DNA of 63,333 nt, counting the filler, from Sphacelaria rigidula (taxonomy: Eukaryota), in assembly GCA_964200075.2 (NCBI GenBank). It is 10 parts of 10 records of this genome, joined end to end, with 100 filler letters (N's around TTAATTAATTAA, not from the genome) between each part and the next. Parts side by side here need not be neighbours in the genome. Positions count along the whole stretch, not along the records: positions 1 to 6,244 come from CAXNAA020021268.1; positions 6,345 to 12,588 come from CAXNAA020021269.1; 8 more parts are not named here. One strand, given 5' to 3'. This document shows, piece by piece, positions 1-11,110 of this stretch. Every line of letters starts with the position of its first letter. Position 1 is the stretch's first letter. The notes under the pieces were generated by a model. It ran no database searches. It was not told the DNA's origin and was given only the letters and a program-made list of their open reading frames with translations. The position numbers and the translations under genes are program-made.

Positions 1-19
1 AATGGCGTGTTTTGCTGTT

Positions 20-300
20 TTCGTATTTCTGGCCATTTTTCGTACTTTTCTTGAGCGAAAAACGAGAAGGTATACCTTTTCTAGTCTGTTGCCCGTTGTT
101 ATATCGCGATAGTAGTCAGCGATCCCTTTCTCTCATTCACCGTGACGTCGAATTTTGTGTACCCACGACATACTCGCTCTCCACTGTTGGGCGTCGTGTG
201 AGAAGAAGTCCCAGATCATGTAACTGCACCGAGATTCGAACCCACGACCTGACGGTCAGAAGGTTTCGAGGTTACCAATTGAGCCACCGGGGCAATCGGA
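20..300 (-). mobile_element. tRNA-derived SINE-like repeat (family A)
   Basis: The minus strand reads GGTGGCTCAATTGG (A-box-like) ... GGTTCGAATCTC (B-box-like). Homologous sequence occurs at 1530-1800, 16400-16560, 19033-19192, 35120-35470 and 44490-44580. Confidence 0.75.
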
Positions 301-742
301 CGCTTACAGTGAAGAGTGACTACAGATTACTCCGAAAATCTAGCGTCGGAATCGTTTTTTCCAGCAATTTTTTTGTTTGGTGAAGTCGGGAAAAAATCCG
401 ATGTTTCGAGGAGAGTCGAAAAAATCGGAAATAAAAGTCTCGTAATAATACAACCAAGCCATAAATAAGATGTTGCTTAACCGGAGTACCGCAAGTAGGC
501 GAGACGATGGCGATGATGCGTACGCATATATGATATCGTGGACTTCGGGCATGGTGTTGAGCGTGGATAGTTTTACTGCTGAGTGTGACGCTATGCTGTT
601 TGCTTTTGCAGGTGTGCAAGGGCAGGTCGGGTAGCGTATACCCAATACCTATATATCGGTACTTTTGAAAAGTCACACTCTTGATACCCGAAATGTGGGT
701 AGAGTAGTTGAGATTGTCCCCAATCTACCCAGAATTGGGATA

Positions 743-1260
743 CAGTAGCGGCTACGGTTTAAGATAACTTATTTAAGAGAAAGTACGGATTTAAGAGAGC
801 GAAACTGGCTTGTCCCGACCAAAATCGATTTAAGAGAGAATCTCTCTTATTTCCAAGATTTTCTCTTAAATCGAACCTTCTGGAAACCACGCGGGCATCA
901 CACACATCAATCCACATACACACAGCTGCAGACACCATGCCCTGCGCAGCGGTCCACATGCTCGCCAACCAAGAGAATGAGCATTGTTTAGAGGTAGCCC
1001 AAAGTGCCAACGCTTGCTGCGTTACGTGACATGAATGATACACTCTCCTTGAACTCTTACGGCATGTAGTTGGGATGAGAGCGTCCATCTTTGACGCCCT
1101 TTCGTATTGGCTACGGTATTAGAGAATATTCTTTTGAAAATGAACTATGGTTTAAGAGAATATTCTCTTATAACATAGCCAAATTGGTATCAGAGAAAGC
1201 CGGATTTAAGATAGATAAATTGGCTTGTCCCGGCCCTCTCTTAAACCGTAGCCGCTACTG
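743..1260. mobile_element. Tc1/mariner-type (Stowaway-like) MITE
   Basis: Perfect 22-bp TIR CAGTAGCGGCTACGGTTTAAGA, TA duplicated at 741-742 and 1261-1262, and internal GATTTAAGAGAG subrepeats. Confidence 0.9.
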
Positions 1261-1389
1261 TAGAGTATTTGAGGTCACACTCAATCTTCCCAAGAGAGGG
1301 ATATTGTGCACTCAAGTATCATTGAGAGTAAATACATACCCAAGTGATGCTCTTTACCTGAGTATTACTGAGATGACTTGGGCCATCTT

Positions 1390-2465
1390 CTGTGGCAACG
1401 AATCTCGATTTTTGTGAGACCCCGATCTCTTAAAATCGGGGGGACTCAAATTCGCGAACTCAAAATCGGGGGAACTTTTAATGGTTTCACAGATATGTGA
1501 AACAGCTCTGTACACAGACAGTTATTTTCTTCATCCCAACAGTACAGTGGGAAGCGAATATGTCGTGGGTACACAAAATTCGACTTGAAGGTCGACGAAG
1601 GAAGGGTGCTGCTGAACCCCTGTCGCGATGAAAAAATAATGGCAAGCGCCGCAGAAGGAAGGTGGAGAACTAACACAAATAAAGGAAAAAAACTTCTGTG
1701 TTGGCCTTCCTGTGTGACCCCGGCTGGTACGCCCACATATACCGAAAAGTGTAGACCGATGTCCAGAAAAATAGGATGGCAACACACACAACACACAGTC
1801 TGGTATCGCGTACTTGTGCGTGAGGCCGAAGAGCAGGTAGGCGATGAATAATCCTCTGAGTGTATTGTCGTACCGTGGTACCCTAGGGTATAACAGCGCA
1901 GGACACTCGATCATTATAGTACATGGTAATGCCGTATAGTAATACATGATAGCGGAGTCGGTATTGCGAGAACAGTGAACAAACAGTGCGCGAGAAGAGT
2001 TTAGCAGTGCAGTGCCATACATCACCCTGCAAGTACAGTGACAACAGACTTGGATGGTACAGTACCGTTCGTGATACATGTCGCAGCGCAGAGCAGCATA
2101 CAACATTACCATCGTTGCAGGGTACGGCGTCAACACTTATTATCCGCTTGTCAAATCCCGCGCGTAGCTGCTTCAGCAGCTGGCGCGGGCGGGCACGCCC
2201 TGCGTTGTCACGAGACTGTCTTCTGCTGCGGTTGGAAAAATATCAAACGCCTCGTACCCTACCATTGCATGTCAATGCACGTACGTCACCTCAAAATCGG
2301 GCGGACCTCAGCTTTCTGCCGATTAAAAAAAAAATCGGGGGAAGACGTTCTGAGATTTTGACACCCTGATTTTTTCTCCCCCAATTTGGTCGAAATCGGG
2401 GCCCATATAATGCGTTCCCCGATTTTTCCCCCCTGATGCTCGAAAAAATCGGGATTGGTGACTGT
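1390..2465. mobile_element. Non-autonomous element with imperfect TIRs, interrupted by a family A SINE (1530-1800)
   Basis: The ends CAACGAATCTCGATTTTTG and AAAAAATCGGGATTGGTGACTG are imperfectly inverted. 1860-2465 is homologous to 39640-40241 on another contig. Confidence 0.6.
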
Positions 2466-3348
2466 CATCAGAGGTGGACTTACCCAATATTGAGAAGAGT
2501 GTTTCACGTCATACCCAATCTACCCGAATTTTGGGTGAAGTGTATGAGGTTATACTCAATCTACCCGAAATTTGGGTTGAGTATTGAGATCATGCTCACG
2601 TGATACTCTATATTCAGGTATTACTAGGAGTGCCTATCGTATCGGAAATTTGGATAGTTGAGACCGTACCCAATCTACCCAATTTTTGGGTAGAGTAAAT
2701 ACCCGGGTATTTTTCCCGAGTATTCAAAAGTTGGCGAGATTCGACGCGATGCGGGAGTGCTGATCTAATCAGCGATACCAAAATGTAGGGCGTGTACAAG
2801 GAGAGAGATGGGTTGATTGATCACTTGAGACCACTGACTCATCCCGAGGAAGGTGAAGCGGTTTCAAGTGAGAGCAGAAGGGAAAAGTTGAGTCCCATAT
2901 CATAACACCACACGCACGGGGTGCAGCTCTTGGCACATCGTGTGAGTACTCCACTCACCGTTGGGATGTTGCGGGTTTAGTTGCACATGCCCGCCCTAAC
3001 ATTACCCGTAAATGCTATCATGCTGCAACGCGTGCCAGCATCTATCCCTTTGATCACAACCCCTTGCCTGTTGGGTGCCCATTTTGTTTGGATCTCACGC
3101 GTATCTTATGACCACGGCTGAATTTGTGACTGGTTTACCCAAGTATGCGGCAGTCAATGAATCACTTACCTTTTGATTGTGATCTGAAGCTCAAACCGTT
3201 ACAGACACATTAGCTACTTTTTTGTACAAAAATCACCGAGATTTTCACGCACTGCCGTACAAGAATCGATAGCTGAGGTTTTCCCGCGGCTAGACCATTT
3301 GACGTTCCTCTTTTTTTGTGCTTATTAAATCCATGTGTCCATCTGCAG

Positions 3349-5247
3349 AATCACGCCAACATGTTCATGGCCGACGTGGATGAGCTCGCTGAGGTCCATG
3401 TCGAGAGCTCGGTGAACGTGGGAGCGCATTCGATCGATGACGTCTCCAGCCCGCCCAGGCAGAAAGCCAAGAAGACTTCTGACGCACAGAGTCCCGCGTC
3501 GAGCCCGGCGACAATACATTCACGGTCTGCAACGCGGGAACGGTCTGTGAAGCAGCATGAAGTTGAGCTGACGGAGGTGAGCTTTCCGAATGCATTTACT
3601 CTGACTGGCTTGCCGTAGCTGATCGTTTTAGTGCGATCGCGGAGGGTGTTTGGGAAATCGATAGCTGACTTGATTCAATCAAGTGTAGCCTGAGATACTT
3701 CAACCCAGTGTAGTCTAAGATGCTCACATCCAGTGTCGTCCAAGATACTGCAATCTAGTGTAGTCTAAGATACCATGTTTTAGTCGTGGTTTTTCTGCTT
3801 GTTGATCAGGCAGGACAAATCGCGGTGTCGAACACTAGAATGGACCTGAACTTTATGGAACCAGGCATTTGAGTTCGTGAGCGCGGACGGTGTCGAAGAT
3901 GTGCCCAGGCATCAAACAAAATTTATCATGGACGAGGTCCTTCGATCCCGAATTACCGCCTGGTCGGGGTGCGTAACGATAATTTCTCGCAGGGCTACCA
4001 ATTTCCGTGAGTGTATTCCTTTTTTTGAGGGGGACAGACTTGACAGCCCGCGGTGCCCTATTTTCATTTGGTGGTGCAGTCGAATGGTGCGCTCCAGGAA
4101 GACCTAGCAAGGCGCCCTGGGACTGTGGCAACGGCACTTGCCGTTGAAGAACGATTGCCACCTGCACGCCAACGACGTAAGTCCGCTGACGGTGGGGCTG
4201 GAAGTGGGAGTGGGAGTGGGGCGGCTGCGGGGAGCAAACGGTGAGATCCATCAGGAGTGCAGACCTGAAAAGTGTTGACTGCAGTTTCCCATGTGAGAAA
4301 GAGTATATATTCCCCCAAGCGGATGACGAATGTCCCACTCACAGCTTCCCGCCCGCAACGTTACATCACTCTCCTCAGGAATAGGTCGGGGGGGCCGGCC
4401 GCTCTGCTTTCGTCCGAGGGTGAACAGGTGCGTTATCTTTTGGCCCTGCCTGGCCTGCGTGCTCGGACATGATTTATCATTAGCAGCGATGGGGGATATG
4501 CGCGCTTCTGCGAATGATGGGTATATCAAGTCCAGATGCGGCACTTGCCTCAAAGTTCTCCTTGTTCCTTCACAGCACTAATTTTCACCTGTTTTCTATA
4601 TTACGTGCTGTGCTTTTGCGCCTACCCGTCTGTCGAAGGTGGATTTCGACGATTCCCAGGACTTGGATGAACCAGAACCCGAGGCAAGACCTGGTCTTCG
4701 TGGAAAAGAAGTGGTAAGCATCTACACATGTCACAACACCCTGTGTGTGTGTACCGCAACCAACATCGAACCAGCCCTAAATACATGCATGGTTTTGCCG
4801 GGTTTCACCAGCAATTTATCGCGTGTCTATGCAGACTAGGCACACACGTTTGCGTATTAACTATAAAACGCATTAGTCTTGGCTGTTAGTTCACTCCGTG
4901 ACCACGCTGAATGCATGTCGACCTTTGATCATCGTTTCTCGGTGGATAGGCGGGGGGACTAAGCTGCGATCTGCCCATTCGTGTGTACGCTGGCATAAAC
5001 GTTTTCGCAGCCGGCGCAACAGCCTCGGTTAAACTCACGCTCGCCACCTCGCGAGAGTCGCGAAACGAAAGGTCGCGTCCCATGGACTAAAGAAGAGGAG
5101 TCGGAACTTCACGCTGCCGTTGCTCAATATGGGAAGGGAAAATGGGCTTTGGCCCTCAAGAAGTACAAATTCCAAAAGTGCCGCTCGTCTGTGGACCTGA
5201 AGGACAAGTGGCGTAATATTGTTAAAAAACAGGGACAAGACGATTGA
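3349..5247 (+). CDS. Telomere-repeat-binding-factor-like protein with a C-terminal telobox Myb/SANT domain (spliced; probably 5' incomplete)
   Basis: The last exon 5011-5247 (after TTTTCGCAG) encodes RVPWTKEEESELHAAVAQYGKGKWALALKKYKFQKCRSSVDLKDKWRNIVKKQGQDD*, which contains the telobox signature VDLKDKWRN. Upstream AG/GT-bounded exons lie at 3349-3576, ~4080-4176, ~4345-4427 and 4639-4713. The exon near 3865-3968 is not phase-resolved. Confidence 0.82.
3682..3775 (+). repeat. Intronic minisatellite, 4 units of ~24-25 bp with core AGTGTAGTCTAAGATAC
   Basis: Four tandem degenerate copies are directly visible. Confidence 0.7.
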
Positions 5248-6244
5248 TTTGACGTGCGTACAAGTCGTGTCGAGGGTACCTTAGACAATCGTACACCAAC
5301 ATCCATTCCACGGATGGGCCTGCTTAGTTTGTTGTTTTTTGTGGTTGTGGTTGAAGCGTGTCACTCCGCAGCATGTTGTCGTATACCGCCTCATTTGTGA
5401 ACGTGTACTGTAGGTCGGCTGTAATCGCCCGCATATGTGGACTAAACACGCAGGCGTGAGGGGAGGGGGGGCATTATGTCGACGTTGCTTGTGTGGAAAG
5501 TTGGGTCATGCAGTTGATGCTTGTATTAAAACATTGGCATGTAAAGTTGCTCTTATCGGTTGTTCGTCACAGTGGATCTGCTGAGCAGCTGTTGCTTTGA
5601 GAATGACCAATCGCATTGTGTTTTGCTAGTATCCATGATTTGTTTTCCTGTATGTGCTTGCTGGAATGTGTTGCCAAGCCACTTGGTCAAAGGTGTTGTA
5701 CAGTGCATGTAGTCCAGCATGGGACGTATCACTTGCTACAGTCGATTTTATGGTCAACAAGTAGAATGTAAATAGAACTTCAGCAGGATCGTACGGTGTG
5801 ACTGCGTGCTGCTGCCGAAGGTGACCTCCGGTTACTCATGAGGAGGGTCGCTGTCGTACGCCTGCTGCGCAAGGATCTCCAAAGCGAGACGTATCATATC
5901 CCTTGATATTTAAGGCAAGGATTGCCCGTGAGCCTAGCTGGTGGACGGTGGACAGAGCTTGTACAGGGTGTCCTTTCGATCGAATACGGTGGTTCTACAA
6001 GTATTCCACCCTCTTTCTACCGTACGACCCCGTTCCCTAGGCTACCCATTTTCTATATCACGTGCGTGCAGAATGGGTGCAAGAAACAAGTACATACATG
6101 CAAATCGCACGAGTACAAAATCATACCACGCCACTCCAATACCACAGTAGGTGCGCCGCTGTAGTGACCACGACAACAAACAGCCGATTTTAAAATTTGG
6201 GGTTCATACAAAATATGGGGTTGAAGTGGCATATCTCTCTTGCG

Positions 6245-6344
6245 NNNNNNNNNNNNNNNNNNNNNNNNNNNNNNNNNNNNNNNNNNNNTTAATTAATTAA
6301 NNNNNNNNNNNNNNNNNNNNNNNNNNNNNNNNNNNNNNNNNNNN
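6245..6344. other. Artificial contig spacer (44 N + TTAATTAATTAA six-frame-stop linker + 44 N). The same spacer occurs at 12589-12688, 18933-19032, 25277-25376, 31620-31719, 37963-38062, 44306-44405, 50649-50748 and 56992-57091
   Basis: Nine identical 100-bp spacers separate segments whose lengths decrease monotonically from 6244 to 6242 bp. Confidence 0.98.
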
Positions 6345-6689
6345 ACTGTCCATAGGTGAAAGCACGGCTTTTGAGTTGAACCTCATTTTGTTTTTCAACC
6401 CCATTTTCGAAAATCGGCTGTTAGGTGCTCTTCCTCGTCTACCTTGCGTCTGAGCGCTCCTTTTCCCTGTATTTCGATCATGTCTCTTACTTTTTGCCTT
6501 GTACCCCGCGTCTTCACCTATGGACAGTATTTCGTCTTGGTTTCCTCCTATTCCCTTCCACACTTTCTCGACTTCTCTATCCCACCTTTTAGCACGCCCT
6601 TTCGTACTTTTTCTTCATACAGCCCTATCAACTGTAGCTGGCAATCTCTTTCTCTGCATGTTCTTTACGCTATATTGCCATCGCAATTT

Positions 6690-6945
6690 CCTCATGTCTC
6701 TGTTTTTTTAAGTGAGTTCATTCCCAACTCTGCTCTCAAAACTGTATTACTCGTCGTTTTCGAGCATCCAAGCATATTCTTAGTAGCTGCTGCCATCTGT
6801 ACTAGTTTCAACTTCTCTACCAACTTCACGTTCCTCTCCCATACTTCTCCTGCATATTCCAGCGTTGGTACGCTCACGTTCATCAGGATACATATCTTGA
6901 TCCTAGTGTCTGGGTGCGGGTCTCTGACGATCGCGTCCAACCTGT
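6690..6945 (-). mobile_element. Non-LTR retrotransposon (LINE) reverse-transcriptase C-terminal fragment
   Basis: The translation DTRIKICILMNVSVPTLEYAGEVW...VQMAAATKNMLGCSKTTSNTVLRAELG resembles the post-RT thumb region of LINE ORF2. Confidence 0.75.
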
Positions 6946-9900
6946 GGGGAGCATCGCTCGGAATGAAACATGTAAAATAGTATTCAGGGGTATCGTAGTA
7001 CCTCTTTCCCTATTCAAAATCGAAATTCCCGTGGTTGAACGCTTTATACCCGTCACAATGAACGACTGCTTTTCAAAAAAACCATCCGTTATTTGCGGAC
7101 TTCCCCTGGGGTCTGTCTAATCCTAACTCTGAGGTTGTCACAAATCCTATCTGAGGGTAAGGTTTGGACCCCGTTTGGGACCATTAGGAGGGATATTCAA
7201 ACTGCAGCTGATGCGGGTTCTAAATGAAAAAAACCGCTCGGATTTTGCAAGCGCGTTGCACTTCAGTAGTATCCTTCGACAGCCCCACCGCGAAACCGGT
7301 TCTCAACACAGCCACGGCGGAAGTGGCCATCCAAGGCGTGATAGCTGGTTCAGACTAGATGTAGCGCCTCGTATGGGCGCTACTGGCGAAACAACCCCAA
7401 GCGTGGGACTAACCCTTACCCGCGTTGTGTGTGTGTGCAGCTTTATTATGGGGCATCCATTTTATCCAACTAACCACTGTACTGTAGTGATGCTGTGCTC
7501 CGGTGTGCTGGTATATCTCAGCAGACTGCTGAATTATGCTACGCTTCAAAGATCGCTGGCGTCTTTCGCCGTATTGGATCGTTTCGCTGACGGCGGTCGT
7601 CGCCGGAGCAACAGTATGAAGTATCTCCAGATATTCAACAAGAGGCGCTCGAAAACTCGATGTCTAGTTTAAACAAGTATGTTTTCAGCATGCTTTGTTA
7701 CGTGTTCCGTAGCGCTTAGACGCAGGTCCTGCTCAAAAGATGCCGCACAAAGACGGCGGTTTTTCTGTTGGACTGCTCATCATCATGCTTGCGCTGCCGT
7801 GCAGACACTTCTAGGTTAGGGTTACATGGTCGAAACCGGTTGCGAATCCCGAGCCTTTTGGACGAAACAAATAAAATGTCATTGGCCTCTTCAACCTCAT
7901 CCAAATGTTGAACCTCAAAAACAAACCCCGGCTGGTGGATCATCTAAAATTGGGTCGATATCAAAAATGAGGTTGAAGTGGCATATCTTTTTTGCAGGAA
8001 TGACGCGACACAGTTACACGGCGCGAAACCATCTCCCCCCCCAAAACTCTGGAGCAGTGAATTAGTTGTGATCAGGTGCACCCAACGAATGCGGTGTACA
8101 CGCGTGTGATGACGATATAACCAGAGAGAGAAGCAACGACCGAGAGGAAGCTCCTCGCCCATGTCCTTTGTGTGTCCTCGCTCGGCAATTACCAATTGCT
8201 CGAGAGACTGGCATCATCGATGTTACCAGCATGTGCCAAATTTTTCATGTGTTAGAACATCGAGCTGCGGAGAGATTCCGTCTCGTCCTGCCTGTCGAGC
8301 TCACCAATGCGAAGATCGATTTCCCTCTGCCTCTCCTTTTGGACAGGACGCGCCTCTGTGCGCTGAAAAACATGTCGTTGAAAAACGGGGCAATGTTCCC
8401 GTCACCGCAACCACTGTTCTCTGTCACACACATGCCAGCAAGGGCGGTGCTGCGGCGAAAACAACAGATAACATCCAATGCGAACTTGGGGGGTGTTATT
8501 CATCGTTGATTTTACCCGACATGTATGTGAGGGATCCTCTGGGTGCCCGACGACAAGAGCGTGCGAGACGCCAGTTCGGGGGGGGGGGGGGGGGTGTATG
8601 AGACATCAAACACTTGCGGATACCTACGTGACGTGCGAAGTGAAAAACGATACCTGTGGTGGTGACCTAACCGTTGCTAGCGTGGTGCAGAGGGGTGCGT
8701 CCATGCTGCAATCTGGAGCACGCGCTGGCTGCGTGAACACGTCGGTACAGTAGCTTTCAAACATTAATTCCGATGTGAGGAGATCACGCATTACAACCCC
8801 GGGCGAGATATGACCCCACGAAGAACAAGGGTGCTCTATGATCGACCACTTGTCGTTGCATTTGACACCCACGCCATCAACCGCCGACCGCAAAGGTCTT
8901 GTGGCTTTCAAGCAACGCTTGCGGCAGTACGGTAGGCAAACCCGATCATGGCTAGCTTTCGTCGCTCTACTGAACTGGCTCGCGTCTGCACAGAGGTCGC
9001 CCGGCGAAGCAACATGTACCAAAGTTGCAGCTTACCGTACGGCGCTTTTTTCGCAGGCCTTTCTTTGCTTCGATTTCTCAGAGTTCGGTAAATTTTGAGT
9101 CGCACTTCTTGTTTTTTGTTTTTTATCTCTTTCTGAGTTGTCTATTTTTTGGCCATTGTAGCTTTTATTGTATATGTGCAACACACATGACGTTCAGACG
9201 GCAACGCAATTACATTTCCTGATACCATAGGCGTCTGCGTCGTATAAGGGCGACATATGCGTGCGTCATATCAGTATGATTTCGATCAACAACAATCATA
9301 GATTCTGTGTTTGTTGTTGCCTGTTTGCAGGCTCCCGCACGGCGCTTTTTCGTTGGCCTTTCTGTGTTCCTTAGATTCAATTTCCCGGGGTTCCGGGTTT
9401 GGTAAATTCAACAGCCGATTTGCCGCGGTTCGGTGAATTTTGGAGCTGAGTTTTATTGTCCCTGTCCTGGTCGCCTATGCTGTGTGACACATTCGGGTGT
9501 TCCGCGTTCTTCAGACTATGAAACCGTGCAGCAAACTTCAGTGTGTTCCATCCACCATTCCGCGCTCTCAACGTTCGCGTTCCTTAATAACAATCATGCC
9601 ACATCCATGCCGCATCTTTTTTCTTCTACTCATCACATTTCACACAGTTTCATAACCGAAACACCCATCAGATCTCTAGCTCAACCTCTTGGTAGGAGTC
9701 ATGACCTTTTCCATCTCTCAACTTGAATCAATTTCTTTCCACGCCTATCGTGGAGGACGGGGCCGCCTATCGGCGGCCCTGTCCGACCCTTGTATGAATG
9801 ACAACTATGTAATCTTGTACAGATGACAGTTCTGCAGATCAGTTGTACACGAAAGTGTGCGCAAAGCAGGTCGTACAGCTCGCCGCTCGGCAAACATGTG

Positions 9901-10244
9901 TGGGTCGAGTAAACCGTACAGGTCGTCATTGGACAAGCGTACACGGGTGACAGCACACGTCGAACAGATCACGATCTATGCCCCAAATGAGCTGACCCGG
10001 ATCTGTCTCGAGCTGACCTGTCCGAATTGTGCAAGCTTTCAGCAAAAATAAACATACGTCTTCAAGTTACCTGCCTAAAATTGATCGGCAGCTATATTCC
10101 CCAAATCGATTCCGGACCCATGCCAAGAAAGGCAATCCGTTCCTGATTTAACGAACATGTGACTCTTTGTGTATCAGCCTTGTTAGTTTCTCAACGACGC
10201 TTCGTACAAATTTTCCTTGGACTACGTGCGCCGGAACACATGTT

Positions 10245-10970
10245 AACAACCTGGATCCGTTTTTGAGGTTCAACATTTGGGTGAGGTTCAACTCGAAAAC
10301 AGTGCTTTTCCTGACCTAAAGTCATGATCAATGAATTTCACATGGAAGACCAAATGCCCCCCAACCTCCTTGAAACTATTTTGGGGGGTTGCCCGTTTTC
10401 CGTGCCCCCAAAGTGTATTGCGAAAGCACCTTTTTGCCTCGATATCGAGGCGAAAAAAGGGACGTTTTTAGCCCGAAGTTGGAGCTTTCGCATACACAAC
10501 AGCGCTTTCGTGAAATTGAGAGTTAAAGGTAAGATTGAGAGTGTAAAACGGTCAATTAGCGAATAAGCCGTTTCAGTTCCGGAATGCACCTCCACCAGGC
10601 CCAGTATTCTCTTGGTAGTAGCTTCCCACTGAGGCCCTCGATATTCCTGAGTAGGATATCAGCGTATAGCTGTAAGCACATGGCAGTGATGAAACGACGA
10701 AAAGCACACACGGAATGCAGAATTGGCCAAGTTAAAGCGAATGATCAAAGCCACTCTCAATCCGCACCCAACTCTCAATCTCACGAAAACCTTGTTCTAC
10801 GCTTTGGGGGCACGGAAGACGGGCAAACCCCCAAAAAAGTTTTAAGGAGGTCGGGGCGCATGAGGTCGTCCATATGAAATTCATTGGTCATGACTTTAGG
10901 CCAGGGAACGCACTGTTTTCGAGTTGAACCTCACCCAAATGTTGAACCTCAAAAATGGATGCAGGCTGTT
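10245..10970. mobile_element. MITE with ~170-bp imperfect TIRs and a 3-bp TSD (GTT)
   Basis: 10245-10417 is the reverse complement of ~10797-10970, with GTT at 10242-10244 and 10971-10973. Related AACAGCC...GAGGTTCAAC termini sit at several contig ends (6176-6244, 6345-6423, 37888-37962, 50749-50795). Confidence 0.85.
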
Positions 10971-11035
10971 GTTTTTTGTTTTTTTTACTTTCAACAGCCG
11001 ATCGTCAAAATCGAGGATGGAGCTTTTCATTGAAG

Positions 11036-11037
<2 letters not shown>

Positions 11038-11104
<67 letters not shown>

Positions 11105-11110
11105 CATTAT
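11038..11110 (+). repeat. (TTA)n microsatellite
   Basis: Seen directly in the sequence. Confidence 0.97.

Larger units (their letters stand above)
617..2725. mobile_element. Non-autonomous repeat built from TACCCGAAATTTGGGTAGAGTATTTGAG-type subunits; host to nested insertions
   Basis: The same subunits lie on both sides of the insertions at 743-1260 and ~1390-2465. A related copy at ~20915-21142 ends in CCCTTG, and this copy starts CAAGGG. Boundaries are approximate. Confidence 0.6.

Noticed and set aside
3682..3775. CRISPR-like array of short repeats with variable spacers
   Set aside because: The variable parts are only ~7-8 nt, the repeats are degenerate, and the site is a eukaryotic intron with no cas genes. 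It is a minisatellite.
6289..6300. Regularly spaced TTAATTAATTAA motif
   Set aside because: It is a synthetic linker embedded in N runs, not a biological motif.
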